In this document: positions 29,706 through 40,438 of the stretch, piece after piece
Layout of the letters: each line of letters begins with the position of its first letter
How positions within the stretch are numbered: position 1 is the first letter of the stretch
NCBI GenBank assembly: GCA_964617105.1
Contig: CAZTWC010000001.1
Coordinates: forward strand, 1-64,000
Direction of reading: 5' to 3'
Length of the DNA stretch: 64,000 bases
Source of the DNA: an uncultured Myxococcia bacterium
GTDB lineage: Bacteria; CAZTWC01
Position numbers and translations under genes: made by a program
The notes under the pieces: model-generated
The model's database searches: none
What the model was told of the DNA's origin: nothing
Seen by the model: only the letters and a program-made list of their open reading frames with translations

Positions 29706-31190
29706 GTGCAAGATCAATCAACCATATCATCCACAGAGAAAAATTATCAACCGATAAGCCGTGCTGAAAAAACCGGTTTAGAGAAGACAATCGATTTCAA
29801 AGTCAAAGATCTTAAGCAGGCTGACTTTGGCCGCAAGGAGATCGAAATCGCTGAAAAAGAGATGCCCGGCCTGATGACTATCAGGGCAAAATATGCACCC
29901 CAAAAACCATTAAAAGGGGTTCGGATCTCCGGTTCTCTGCATATGACCATCCAGACCGCGGTGTTAATCGAAACTCTGATAGATCTGGGAGCCGAAGTGC
30001 GCTGGAGTTCGTGCAATATCTATTCTACCCAGGACCATGCCGCTGCGGCCATGGCTGAAGCCGGAGTGGCCGTTTTTGCCTGGAAGGGAGAAACTTTAGA
30101 TGAATACTGGTGGTGTTTAGAGCAGGCCCTGACTTTTCCCGGAGGACTGGGACCCAACCTAATAGTGGATGACGGCGGCGATGCCACCATCTTTGTGCAC
30201 AAGGGATTCCAGGCAGAAGATAACCCGGCAATGTTGGATGTAGACGCCTCCCATGAAGATGAACAGGCCATGTTGGCCCGGTTAAAAAATATCCTGGCTA
30301 AAGATAATCAAAAGTGGCACCGAATCTCCAAAGAGTTAAAAGGGGTATCAGAAGAAACCACCACCGGGGTAAGCCGCTTATACCGCATGGAAAAAGATGG
30401 AAGCCTGCTTTTTCCTGCCATCAATGTAAACGACAGTGTCACCAAGTCCAAATTCGATAACCTGTATGGATGCCGGGAATCGTTGGCTGATGGCATAAAA
30501 AGAGCCACCGACGTGATGGTGGCCGGCAAAAGAGTGATAATTTGCGGATACGGTGATGTGGGCAAAGGCTGTGCTGCAGCCATGGCTGCCTTTGGCGCCC
30601 GGGTGGTGGTTACAGAAATAGATCCCATCTGCGCTTTGCAGGCCTGCATGGCCGGTTTTACGGTGAAAACTATTGAGGATGAGGCTGAGCACGGCGATAT
30701 TTTCGTCACGGCCACCGGCAACTACAATGTGATTACTGCTCAGCACATGTCTAAGATGAAAGATAACACCATTATCTGCAATATCGGCCATTTTGACAAT
30801 GAAATAGATGTTGCCGGTCTTAAAAATTGGTCTGGGATGGAACGGATCGAAATAAAACCCCAGGTGGCTAAATACTGTTTCCCAGACGGCCATACCATCA
30901 TTCTGCTGGCTGAAGGACGCCTGGTGAATCTGGGATGTGCCACTGGCCACCCATCTTTTGTGATGTCCAACTCCTTTTCCAACCAGGTGTTGGCCCAAAT
31001 CGATCTGTGGAAAAACCAAAACACCTACAAATCCCAGGTCTATCTATTGCCTAAACTAGTGGATGAAGAGGTTGCCAGGCTCCATCTAGGCAAATTGGGA
31101 GTCCATCTTACTAAATTAACTCCTGAGCAGGCCACTTATCTGGGTATTGATGTCAATGGACCATTTAAAACCAATGAGTACAGATATTAA
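29706..31190 (+). CDS. ahcY: Adenosylhomocysteinase
   Basis: [54 protein letters not shown]. Confidence 0.98.
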   Translation: MQDQSTISSTEKNYQPISRAEKTGLEKTIDFKVKDLKQADFGRKEIEIAEKEMPGLMTIRAKYAPQKPLKGVRISGSLHMTIQTAVLIETLIDLGAEVRWSSCNIYSTQDHAAAAMAEAGVAVFAWKGETLDEYWWCLEQALTFPGGLGPNLIVDDGGDATIFVHKGFQAEDNPAMLDVDASHEDEQAMLARLKNILAKDNQKWHRISKELKGVSEETTTGVSRLYRMEKDGSLLFPAINVNDSVTKSKFDNLYGCRESLADGIKRATDVMVAGKRVIICGYGDVGKGCAAAMAAFGARVVVTEIDPICALQACMAGFTVKTIEDEAEHGDIFVTATGNYNVITAQHMSKMKDNTIICNIGHFDNEIDVAGLKNWSGMERIEIKPQVAKYCFPDGHTIILLAEGRLVNLGCATGHPSFVMSNSFSNQVLAQIDLWKNQNTYKSQVYLLPKLVDEEVARLHLGKLGVHLTKLTPEQATYLGIDVNGPFKTNEYRY

Positions 31191-31943
31191 ATGACCACCC
31201 TGGACTATACAGATATATTGCAGATAGACATCCATTCTCACTTGCTTCCCCATGTGGATCATGGGGCCGAGAGTGAGGATGAGGCTTTCTCTATGATCAG
31301 CCAAATGGCGGAGATGGGCTACCGCCATCTGGTGTTGACACCTCACTGCCGGCAATCTCTGTTTACTTATAATCCCAAATCCATTAAAACTGTTTTTCAG
31401 CAAGTAAAAAAAAGAGTTGCCACCGAGGGGCTTGATATCAATCTTTCTTTGGGAGCAGAGTATTTTTTTGGCCACTATTTGAACCAAATGCTGGCCGATA
31501 GAGATATGTTTTTCTTAGACCAGGAGCAACGCTGTTTTTTGTTGGAATTACCGGTTTTAATGTTTCCCCCAACTTTGCCTGACTGGATATTTAAAGCCAA
31601 AGTAAAAGGATTTAAACTGGTTATAGCCCATCCGGAAAGATATGAATTTGTAATTAAGAATCCTCTACGAGTTACCCAGTTGTTAGATCTGGGCGTCTAT
31701 CTACAAATGAATTTAGGTAGTTGCCTGGGACTTTATGGCCGTAAAGTAAAAAAAACCGCTCTTACGCTGCTGGGAAATGGTCTGGTACAGTTGATGGGCT
31801 CTGATTTGCACTCCCCCTCTGAATTGAAGACCATTAGAAAAGGGATTAAAAAAATAGTGAAAAAATTTGGCCGGGAATATATCTCCACCCTCTGCAGTTT
31901 GAATCCTGGTCGTTTGCTGGCGGGCGAAGAACTTATAATGTAG
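31191..31943 (+). CDS. PHP-family protein-tyrosine phosphatase (CpsB/CapC-like)
   Basis: IDIHSHLLP.VD.G, TPH, AHPERY, GSDLH. Confidence 0.9.
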   Translation: MTTLDYTDILQIDIHSHLLPHVDHGAESEDEAFSMISQMAEMGYRHLVLTPHCRQSLFTYNPKSIKTVFQQVKKRVATEGLDINLSLGAEYFFGHYLNQMLADRDMFFLDQEQRCFLLELPVLMFPPTLPDWIFKAKVKGFKLVIAHPERYEFVIKNPLRVTQLLDLGVYLQMNLGSCLGLYGRKVKKTALTLLGNGLVQLMGSDLHSPSELKTIRKGIKKIVKKFGREYISTLCSLNPGRLLAGEELIM

Positions 31944-31968
31944 TGTGCCTCCCTATTATTATTTTGTT

Positions 31969-32976
31969 ATGCAAAAAAACCTGGTTAAAATTATACTCAG
32001 TCTGTCTATTGGTCTATTTTTTTTCTGGGTCGCCTTTAGAGGCGTGAATACAGATGCCTTACTCCGACAACTCAAGGAAGTTAGACTGCTCCCTTTTTTA
32101 ATCTCCACCATTTTGTTTGCCCTGCATCACTTTATTAAATTCTGGCGCTGGGCCATTATGATCAGATCTCAGGCAGATATTTCCACCCACCGCATTATTA
32201 ATGTCTGTGCCGTGGGTTTTATGGCGGTGGTGCTTATGCCCCTGAGGCTGGGTGAATTTGTCCGCCCTTACCTGATTGCCGAAAAAGACAAAATCCGCAT
32301 CTCCACCGCCATGGGCACCGTAGTGGTGGAGAGAGTGGTGGATGGTTTATTGGTTACCCTGTCCCTGTTTGCCTTTCTCTTCTCTTTGGATGACAGACAG
32401 GTGCCTAAATCTATCTATTATTCAGCCTTCATGGCTTTGACGGTTTTTATCTCCGCCATGGGGGTGCTTATTCTCTTCCTACTTAGGCCCACCTGGGCAA
32501 ATCGCCTTTTTTACCGGATTTTATCTCCTCTCTCGCTAAAATTGGCTGATAAAATCACCGGCCTGATAAACTCATTTATCCATGGATTAAAATCGTTCAA
32601 AGGTAAAAAAGACCTGGCCGCTTATCTGGGGTTGACTCTGTTGCTGTGGACTTTTAACGGCTTGAACCTCTATGCCCTGTTCTTTGCCTTAAATATCGAC
32701 TTGCCGCTAATAGCCGGTTTTATTTGCCTGTGTTTTATCGTGGTATTAATTATGATTCCGGCTGGTCCCGGCTTTGCCGGCAATTTTGAACTGGCTATAA
32801 TCAGTGCTCTGACCATTTTTGCCGTGAATAAGAGTTCCGCTATGGCGTTTGCCCTGCTGGCTCACGCCCAGCAATTGGCCATCGTCATCATCATGGGTTG
32901 TGTCCCCTTTTTAATGGGCCGAATAACCTGGGGTGATGTGGTCAAACCAAAGTCTGGTAAAACACAAAGACGCTAA
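31969..32976 (+). CDS. Lysylphosphatidylglycerol synthase TM-domain (flippase-like) protein
   Basis: RW, PLRLGEFVRP, VERVVDG, IPAGPGFAGNFE; multiple TM helices. Confidence 0.85.
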   Translation: MQKNLVKIILSLSIGLFFFWVAFRGVNTDALLRQLKEVRLLPFLISTILFALHHFIKFWRWAIMIRSQADISTHRIINVCAVGFMAVVLMPLRLGEFVRPYLIAEKDKIRISTAMGTVVVERVVDGLLVTLSLFAFLFSLDDRQVPKSIYYSAFMALTVFISAMGVLILFLLRPTWANRLFYRILSPLSLKLADKITGLINSFIHGLKSFKGKKDLAAYLGLTLLLWTFNGLNLYALFFALNIDLPLIAGFICLCFIVVLIMIPAGPGFAGNFELAIISALTIFAVNKSSAMAFALLAHAQQLAIVIIMGCVPFLMGRITWGDVVKPKSGKTQRR

Positions 32977-32985
32977 AAGCCGTTC

Positions 32986-34749
32986 TCAGAGACCATCTAT
33001 TTGCACCAGAAAAAATTTATTGCTACTCTTATCTACAATTTTGGCCTTCTGCCTGTAATCGGTTCCCAACCGGTCCAGCATCTTTTTATAACGCCGTTGC
33101 TCCACAATAACAAACTCCCGCCCCTTACGAGAGAGAAACTCTTTTAGTTTGTTTACCTTTTTTATCTGCACTACAGTGTTGCAAGAATAGAAGGTTTCTC
33201 CCCGCCAGTTCATCAAGTAGGCGGCAATGGGCTCCCGGTTTTCCCGCAACTGATAATAGGTATTGAATATTTGACGCTGGCTCCAGTTAGGGCTCATTAC
33301 TCTGAAATGGTAGTGGCTCAAAAAGAGGGAAAAAATAAGGGCGGAAACTATAGTACCCATAAGCAGGATTCTATGCCATTTAAACAAATAACTGACGGCA
33401 ATAACAGCGCCTGCCGCAGTGAAAAGGGTGGAGAAAAAAAACCTGGCATCAAGATGATAGGGATATGGTCTTTGGTAATTGTATACAAACAAATCGAGCA
33501 AATGCTTGGGCTTCATGGAGATATCCCGGGCCACAAAAATAAACAGCAGCAGGCAGAGCAACATCACTAACAAATTGCGATTTTCCCGGGACAGCCAAGA
33601 TGATTGCCAAAATTGGGATAAATAATAGGAGGTCAACACCGCCAGAGGAGGAAGAGCAGGCAGAATATAGTGATGAAATTTGGTAATAGACAGAGTAAAC
33701 AGAGTAAAACAAAGGATAAACCAAAGTAAAAAGAAAAGCAACGCCCTCGGTGGACCGGTTTGGGAGGATAGATTAACTCCTTTAAACCGGTTTAGAATCT
33801 TGTGCAAAGTTGCCGGTAAAAACGCCGACCAGGGAAAAGCGGCAAACGCCAACTGGTCCAGGTAAAAACTAAAAGTGCCCCGGCTGCCATGCACCCCCCG
33901 GCTTAGACGGTTTAAATGATCGTGGATAAAAAATCGCTTAACAAAATTTTTCCCCTCGTCATCTTTGCCGGGAAAAAAACTCATTAGCAGATACCAGGGT
34001 GCTGCCATCAATAAAAACAGTAGTCCACCTTTGATGATTCGCAGTTTTTTCAGCATCCACCACTCTCCGGAAATTAAAAGGTAGAGAAGAATAACCGCGC
34101 CAGGCAAGGCGAACCCCAAAAGTCCCTTGGCCAGGGTGGCCAAAGCACAGAAAATGTAGAAAGCCAGCAGAAATCCTCTCCGGGGCTGAAAATGCTCCTT
34201 CTCACCCGCTTCCGGGACAAAAACTGCACTCATAAAACAAGCCAGAGCTGAAGTGGTCAACGCCACAAAGGGCATATCGGTCATGGCCTGTTTGGCGATA
34301 AAAAGAAACTGTGGTGAAGTGGCCATCACCAAAGAGGCGATTACAGCAATTATTCTACTCTTAAAACAACGGGCCACCGCCAGATAAAGTAAAACCATGG
34401 TCATAATGGCCAACATGGCAAAGGGCAGTCGCACTGCCAATTCCACCCATTGAGATACTCCCTGCTCAGGGCTGTTGACCCCCACAATCGCCATGGGTAA
34501 AGCCATGAGCCAAAAGGACAAAATAGGCTTGGAAAAAAAGTACGCAGACTCCCAAAAAGGGTGGAGAAAGTCACCCCGGGCCAGCATCTCCCTGGCTACC
34601 TCAGCATAGTGGGTTTCCCAGGGATCCCAAAGCCCCACTGAGCCCATGCCCGGCAGATATAGTATAACTCCCAGAACAACCAATAACAGCATATCCCCCC
34701 TGGCTCCCCATCTCTCCACTCTCTGTTCAAACCAACTTAATTTAGACAT
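32986..34749 (-). CDS. ArnT/PMT-like GT-C glycosyltransferase
   Basis: WDPWETHYAEVAREM, SKP, RLP, TDMP, LAKG, APWY, TKFHHYILP. Confidence 0.88.
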   Translation of the reverse strand: MSKLSWFEQRVERWGARGDMLLLVVLGVILYLPGMGSVGLWDPWETHYAEVAREMLARGDFLHPFWESAYFFSKPILSFWLMALPMAIVGVNSPEQGVSQWVELAVRLPFAMLAIMTMVLLYLAVARCFKSRIIAVIASLVMATSPQFLFIAKQAMTDMPFVALTTSALACFMSAVFVPEAGEKEHFQPRRGFLLAFYIFCALATLAKGLLGFALPGAVILLYLLISGEWWMLKKLRIIKGGLLFLLMAAPWYLLMSFFPGKDDEGKNFVKRFFIHDHLNRLSRGVHGSRGTFSFYLDQLAFAAFPWSAFLPATLHKILNRFKGVNLSSQTGPPRALLFFLLWFILCFTLFTLSITKFHHYILPALPPLAVLTSYYLSQFWQSSWLSRENRNLLVMLLCLLLFIFVARDISMKPKHLLDLFVYNYQRPYPYHLDARFFFSTLFTAAGAVIAVSYLFKWHRILLMGTIVSALIFSLFLSHYHFRVMSPNWSQRQIFNTYYQLRENREPIAAYLMNWRGETFYSCNTVVQIKKVNKLKEFLSRKGREFVIVEQRRYKKMLDRLGTDYRQKAKIVDKSSNKFFLVQIDGL

Positions 34750-34925
34750 CTATAAACCATTTAAGAAGATAATTAATTTACCCAAATATGGCATGTTTTA
34801 TATCTATATGCAAGTCAAGGGTCTTTTGATGCTTGACAGGACACTCATTCATGGTTTCCATTGACATCTTACCTTGCAAATGATATGAATATGTCAATCT
34901 TTTTCCCTTTTTACGCGAGGTTATC

Positions 34926-35885
34926 ATGGAATTAGAAAACCAGATCAAAGAGCAATTAGAAAGCACCCTCCAACAAACCGATTTCCCCTCTTTAGGCAAG
35001 TTGCAACGGGGAAAAGTTCGGGATGTTTACCATCAACAAGATCAATTGGTAATCATCACCACCGATCGGGTCAGCGCCTTTGACCATGTGTTGGGCACTA
35101 TACCTTTTAAAGGTGAACTACTGACCGCTCTTACTCACTTTTGGTTCAAAAAAACCGCAAACATTGTAACAAACCATATTATCGATATGCCCGACCCCAA
35201 TGTGCTGATAGTTAAAAAATGCCGGACCTTGCCGGTGGAAGTTATTATCAGGGGCTATATCACCGGCAGCCTCTGGAGGGATTATCAAAAAGATGGCGCC
35301 CCTGCTTACGGAATCACTTTTCCCGGAGACTTGAAAAAAGACCAAAAATTTACCTCCCCGATTATCACCCCAACCACCAAGGCTCAAATAGGAGAACACG
35401 ATCTGCCCATCAGCCGGGAGGAAATAATCGACAGCGGCCTGGTGAACCCGGAGATATACACTCAGGTTGAAAACATCGCTTTACAACTCTTCAAGTGCGG
35501 TTCTGAATGGGCCGATTCTCAGGGATTGATCCTGGTGGATACCAAATATGAATTTGGTCTGGACCAGCAAGGAGAAGTGATGCTTATAGATGAAATTCAT
35601 ACCCCTGACTCCAGCCGCTATTGGCAAAAGGAATATTACCAGGAGAAATTCCAGGCTGAAAAAAACCAGGTGATGCTGGACAAAGAAAATATCCGCCAGT
35701 GGTTGCGGGAGAGGGGATTTTCCGGCCATGGCACTCCCCCTGCCCTGTCCGATGATATCCGTATCCATTTGAGTAAAAAATATCTGCAACTCTATCAGAC
35801 TATGACCGGGGAAACTTACACCCCTCATGGTTCAGATCCATTACCCCGCCTGCAGGAAAATTTAAAAATCGGCAAAACCGCGTAA
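34926..35885 (+). CDS. purC: SAICAR synthetase
   Basis: GKVRDVY, TDRVSAFD, PVEVIIRGY, LVDTKYEFG, DEIHTPDSSRYW. Confidence 0.97.
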   Translation: MELENQIKEQLESTLQQTDFPSLGKLQRGKVRDVYHQQDQLVIITTDRVSAFDHVLGTIPFKGELLTALTHFWFKKTANIVTNHIIDMPDPNVLIVKKCRTLPVEVIIRGYITGSLWRDYQKDGAPAYGITFPGDLKKDQKFTSPIITPTTKAQIGEHDLPISREEIIDSGLVNPEIYTQVENIALQLFKCGSEWADSQGLILVDTKYEFGLDQQGEVMLIDEIHTPDSSRYWQKEYYQEKFQAEKNQVMLDKENIRQWLRERGFSGHGTPPALSDDIRIHLSKKYLQLYQTMTGETYTPHGSDPLPRLQENLKIGKTA

Positions 35886-35985
35886 ATTTTACGAAGTCTT
35901 GCAATGTCACCATAAAATATGTTAAAATTATAGTTTATCTTATCTGGGTGGTTCTATATTATCCTGGCATGGGGGAGGCCCATTT

Positions 35986-38313
35986 ATGCTGTCTAGTTTT
36001 TTAAAATACTCATCAAGCCGAAGATGGTTTTCTTTTCTCTTCGCCTTATCTATCTTTTCTCTTTTAATCAGCAACTGTGGCGGGGGAGACGGCTGCTCTA
36101 GCAAAAAACTCTCTTATAAAGTACATAAAAACAAAAAAGCGGCCCGAATAGGTTTTACCCAAAAGGGGATTGAGTTAATCGCTGAAAACCTGGAGGTATT
36201 GATCAAAGGAGCCCTTAAAACTGAGGAAAACAGTGATGGCTATATAGAAGTGCCAATATCCCCACCAGCCAACGTTACCCAATCGATTCCAGGCGGCCTG
36301 GGCAATTTCAACATGTCTCTGCATCAAAATATCCTTCTACTCAAGTGGAAAGATTTAGATATCAATGTGCAAAAAAGTTGTAAGGACGCAAAGTGTGATG
36401 GTGCCCAAGTAATTGTGCTTATAAAAGAGGGACGTCTTGGTTTCAAACCTGGAGAGAAGCTGGCGGGCAGTGTTAACATCGATTTTTGCAAAAGACTTGG
36501 CCTCGGGTCTTGTGCAACCACTAGCGATGTGGCCTGCCCTCTTAAAAACGGTGTAGATAGCAATACCACTGCGATAGCAGACATGGGTATAATTATGGAT
36601 CTAACTATCGACAACTCGATTGATTCGAGCACTGGTGAACCCAAAGGGATATTAAATATCGCTATCGCTCCTAATGAAACTAAAATCAAACAGATCAAGA
36701 CCAAAATAGACAATGATACTAACAGTATGTGTTCGGCCCAAGAGTGTCAGGATATTGCCAACGATTTTGAAAAATTGGTCGATTCCACATTCAAATATCC
36801 CTCTGGCTGTTCCGAATGCGCCATTGTCTGCAGCATCAGCGAATTTGGTACCTGGCTAAGTAATGCTATAGTAAAGGGATTAACACCAGCCATAAATAGA
36901 ATTATTGAGCCGGCGCTAAAAAGTGTTTTTGAAGAGATGCTCAAAGATATAAATGGCCAACCATTAATTATACAAGATGAACAGAATATCTCCAGCCTGG
37001 CCGGCAATAATTTACCCTTAAAGTTTACCGGCAACCCCTTAGCCTACAGTATTGCAGCAGAAGATATCGACGTAAACTGCGATATCAAAAAAGATGCCGA
37101 GTGCTTTGCAGACAGCACCATCAAGACCCTGGAGGTCACTTTTAACGGTGGCTCCGATTCGCGTCCCATGCATCGCTGTACACCAAAACCAAAAGATTTT
37201 GATCCGCAAAAATCTGCCGAATATTTTGAGCAAATTTTTCCTGCCGGATCACCGCCCCAACTGGATGGAAAAGACAGTAAGGGTAATCCCTATCACCTAT
37301 CGGCAACTATCTCCCAATCTTTTTTACAACGGGCGCTTTTTGCCATGTATTTAGGAGGCAATCTATGTATCGATTTTTCCTCCCAGGATATGGGCTCCTC
37401 TCTGCCAATCCAGTTAAATGGCCAAACCTTGTTTGGATTACCCGGACTTTCCGAACTGGGCAAAGTGGTCTCCAAAGATTCACCACTGATTTTTTCCATG
37501 TCCCCCAGCCAAAAACCGGAATTGATCTTTTCCGACCTGGTCAAAAAAGGCGCAGATGGCAACGAAATTAAAGTGCCTATGATGAATTTAAAAATGAAAG
37601 ATATGGCTATCGCGGTTTATGCCTATCTGGAAGAGAGATATGCCCGTATTTTTCAGATAACCACAGATATAACCCTGGATGCTTCTTTTCACCTTCTGCC
37701 AAATCACTCGCTGGAAATAAATATAGACAAAGTTATGGTAGATAATTACCAGGATGTTTACCAGGAATTGGTAGATGATGTAAAGATCGGCAAATCCTTA
37801 AAAATGATAGTTGACATGGCTCTGGGCTTGCTGCTCAAAGGCACGGTCAAAATACCCCTGGATGTGACCAACATGCTCAGTACCTATGCTGGCATCCCCT
37901 TGAATATAGAGATAAACGAATTTGTTCGGCGGGGACAAAAACAAGATTTTCTATCACTCCTGTTATCTTTGAAAAAATGTCCGGGAGGTAACTGCCTGCC
38001 CATGATCATGGCGGCAGATACCACCGCATACCTGGATCACGCCTATCCTCTTTATAATTATGATGGCCAGGGTAATCCCCAACCCCGCGGGGCGGTAAGA
38101 ATATTTGCCGGTTTAGAACAAGATAAAGAGGTCCAATACCGGGTGGACAACACCTACTGGTCAACCTTCAAACCAGCGGGTATGGTGGAAATTAAGTCAG
38201 ATCTGCTAAAATTAAAAGGCCAGCACCGAATAGAGGTTAGGGCCCGGTATATCGAACAATACAAAACCTTGGATCCACATCCAGCGGTAGTGGAAGTTGA
38301 AATAGAATATTAA
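35986..38313 (+). CDS. Large exported lipoprotein, tentatively BPI/LBP (TULIP)-like, with C-terminal Ig-like domain
   Basis: Lipoprotein-like signal ISNC; ARIGFTQKGIELIA and ATISQSFLQRALFAMY resemble BPI lobe starts. Confidence 0.5.
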   Translation: MLSSFLKYSSSRRWFSFLFALSIFSLLISNCGGGDGCSSKKLSYKVHKNKKAARIGFTQKGIELIAENLEVLIKGALKTEENSDGYIEVPISPPANVTQSIPGGLGNFNMSLHQNILLLKWKDLDINVQKSCKDAKCDGAQVIVLIKEGRLGFKPGEKLAGSVNIDFCKRLGLGSCATTSDVACPLKNGVDSNTTAIADMGIIMDLTIDNSIDSSTGEPKGILNIAIAPNETKIKQIKTKIDNDTNSMCSAQECQDIANDFEKLVDSTFKYPSGCSECAIVCSISEFGTWLSNAIVKGLTPAINRIIEPALKSVFEEMLKDINGQPLIIQDEQNISSLAGNNLPLKFTGNPLAYSIAAEDIDVNCDIKKDAECFADSTIKTLEVTFNGGSDSRPMHRCTPKPKDFDPQKSAEYFEQIFPAGSPPQLDGKDSKGNPYHLSATISQSFLQRALFAMYLGGNLCIDFSSQDMGSSLPIQLNGQTLFGLPGLSELGKVVSKDSPLIFSMSPSQKPELIFSDLVKKGADGNEIKVPMMNLKMKDMAIAVYAYLEERYARIFQITTDITLDASFHLLPNHSLEINIDKVMVDNYQDVYQELVDDVKIGKSLKMIVDMALGLLLKGTVKIPLDVTNMLSTYAGIPLNIEINEFVRRGQKQDFLSLLLSLKKCPGGNCLPMIMAADTTAYLDHAYPLYNYDGQGNPQPRGAVRIFAGLEQDKEVQYRVDNTYWSTFKPAGMVEIKSDLLKLKGQHRIEVRARYIEQYKTLDPHPAVVEVEIEY

Positions 38314-38346
38314 ACCAGTCCGAGCCCTAAAGTCGGAGAGGAATAA

Positions 38347-40416
38347 ATGAGAAAATTCATATTTTTTGGTCTGTTATTGAGCCTGGTGTTTTCCGGCTGT
38401 GACTGCGGTGATACTGCAATTCGAGGTAATTTAGAGGATGCTGGCATTGAGGATGGTGGTGACGGAGGAATTTTAGAGGAATGTCCCCAGGGAATGATAC
38501 AGATCAGAGGCAAATGCCATGCCGACCCATGTGACATTAATGACCGCAACGGCTGTTGTCCGGGGTGGATATGCGATAAATCCAGCGGTAACTGTCGTCC
38601 CGATTTAATCACCTGTTCAGAAGAGAAAAAATGTGAATATGAAAGCCAAGAATGTCGGGAGGAATTTGACGGCTCTTTCTGTCTGTTAAAAAGTTGCCAA
38701 AACCTTCAAGATTGCCAAAACCAAGAGGGTGAGGTGCAACTTCAGGATGGCTATTGTTTCAACCAGCGCTGCCTGAATAAAATTCCCTGTGGGGGAAAAT
38801 GTGAAGCCGGCCAGGTCTGTATCCCGGACGCTGATAAATGTGTGGAAACATCCGGCGAAGGCTGCGACCAATCCTGCCTGGCTGGCAAAATATTGGTATT
38901 AAAAAATCCTCAGACCATGACCGGTGTACAGTGCAGCGAAATAGTCTGTGAATGTCAAAATCTGCCGCCGGTAGCCGCCGGTCTGGTTGGCAGTCATTCC
39001 GCTATCACCGCTATTGAAAACAAAATTTTTGTCTCCGCCTATGACAAATTCTATGGTGACTTAGTACTATTGGAATACGATCGTAATGGTGAATTGAAAA
39101 GCGCCGAGTATATTGATGGGGTGCCGGAAGATAAGCCCGAAGGTCATACCGATGGCCGGAGAGGCGGTATAACCGGTATGGGTTCTCAAGTTGGTCAGTT
39201 TACCTCCATTACCACCGACAGCCAGGGCAATCCGATTATTGCTTACTACGACCCCCAAAACTACAGCCTTAAATTCGCCTTTATGAAAGATAATAAATGG
39301 CAAAAAGAAACCATTGATAAGCCCCAGGATCCCAAAGGCGGCCGGGGTAAATATACGGCCATGGCCTATGACTCTAAAAATGATACTCTGTATATCGTTT
39401 ACTACCTGGATCGAGGCCTGAACATAGAGGGTAAAGTGATAACCGGCTTGCTGCTGGCGGAAAAAAAAGGCACTGAATCCTGGAAGATTACCGTAGTGGA
39501 CTCCATGCCTAAACCAGGCCTATCCATGCCGCCCTGTGATGATGAATGCCAAGGAGATGAGATTTGCACAATGGATGATACCGGGCTGGGGAAATGCTCC
39601 CTGGAGATCAAAGGCTGCCTGGATCAAGACCAAAAATCGATTTGTCAATCAGAAGAGGTGTGTATAAAAGATGATAAAACCGAAGTCTGCAAGCCCAAGA
39701 GAAAAGCCAACACACTTAAAGGCCTACCTCTGGGTCTAGGGCTTTTTGCCTCAATAACCCTGCACCCGCATAATAATCAGCCGCTAATCGCTTATTACGA
39801 CAGTGTAAACGGCAACTTGAAGTTAGCCTACCGCACCGCAACTGGTTTTCAAACCCTGGTGGTGGATGGGGCTAAATGGAAACAGGATAGCCAGGGGAAT
39901 GTGATTAAAGATAAGAAAGATCAGCCGGTCTGGCAGGATACCGGAGATTACGGTTTTCACAACTCTATCGCGGTCAACAGCCAGGGACGTATTGCGGTAG
40001 CAACTTTTGATTTTAGCCGCCGCTACCTGGTATTGATTTATGCCGACCAGGTGACCAAAATGGATATCAATATGGCTCAAAGTAAAAGATTGGTGGTGGA
40101 TAATGGCCTGGACAAGGTTTTCCCTATCTCCTGGGTAGGACCTGACGTAACCCTTCGCTTTGACAGCGATGACAAACCTTACCTGTTGTACCAAGACGCC
40201 ACCTACAACAATTTAAAACTGGCCAATCCGGCTGGCACCGATTTCTGGAAAGGGGATTGGAAAATAGAAACCATAGCCGACCAGGGAGCCAACGGTTTTT
40301 GGGCTGACATGGTGATTGACAAAAAGATAATCTTTATTAATAATTACCTGATAAAGAAAAAAAGCAAAGGGCCCCGGATCGACAAACATCAGGTTATAGT
40401 TCATCGACTACCATAA
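38347..40416 (+). CDS. Cys-rich lipoprotein with beta-propeller-like repeats
   Basis: Lipobox FSGC; Cys-rich N-domain; repeats G.(F/Y)TSI...P.IAYYD....LK(F/L)A. Confidence 0.75.
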   Translation: MRKFIFFGLLLSLVFSGCDCGDTAIRGNLEDAGIEDGGDGGILEECPQGMIQIRGKCHADPCDINDRNGCCPGWICDKSSGNCRPDLITCSEEKKCEYESQECREEFDGSFCLLKSCQNLQDCQNQEGEVQLQDGYCFNQRCLNKIPCGGKCEAGQVCIPDADKCVETSGEGCDQSCLAGKILVLKNPQTMTGVQCSEIVCECQNLPPVAAGLVGSHSAITAIENKIFVSAYDKFYGDLVLLEYDRNGELKSAEYIDGVPEDKPEGHTDGRRGGITGMGSQVGQFTSITTDSQGNPIIAYYDPQNYSLKFAFMKDNKWQKETIDKPQDPKGGRGKYTAMAYDSKNDTLYIVYYLDRGLNIEGKVITGLLLAEKKGTESWKITVVDSMPKPGLSMPPCDDECQGDEICTMDDTGLGKCSLEIKGCLDQDQKSICQSEEVCIKDDKTEVCKPKRKANTLKGLPLGLGLFASITLHPHNNQPLIAYYDSVNGNLKLAYRTATGFQTLVVDGAKWKQDSQGNVIKDKKDQPVWQDTGDYGFHNSIAVNSQGRIAVATFDFSRRYLVLIYADQVTKMDINMAQSKRLVVDNGLDKVFPISWVGPDVTLRFDSDDKPYLLYQDATYNNLKLANPAGTDFWKGDWKIETIADQGANGFWADMVIDKKIIFINNYLIKKKSKGPRIDKHQVIVHRLP

Positions 40417-40438
40417 TTAGGTAACTTTAGGAAAAAGA

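Noticed and set aside
34861-34897. Inverted repeat TTGACAT...ATGTCAA as an operator
   Set aside because: Explained more simply as -35 boxes of divergent promoters
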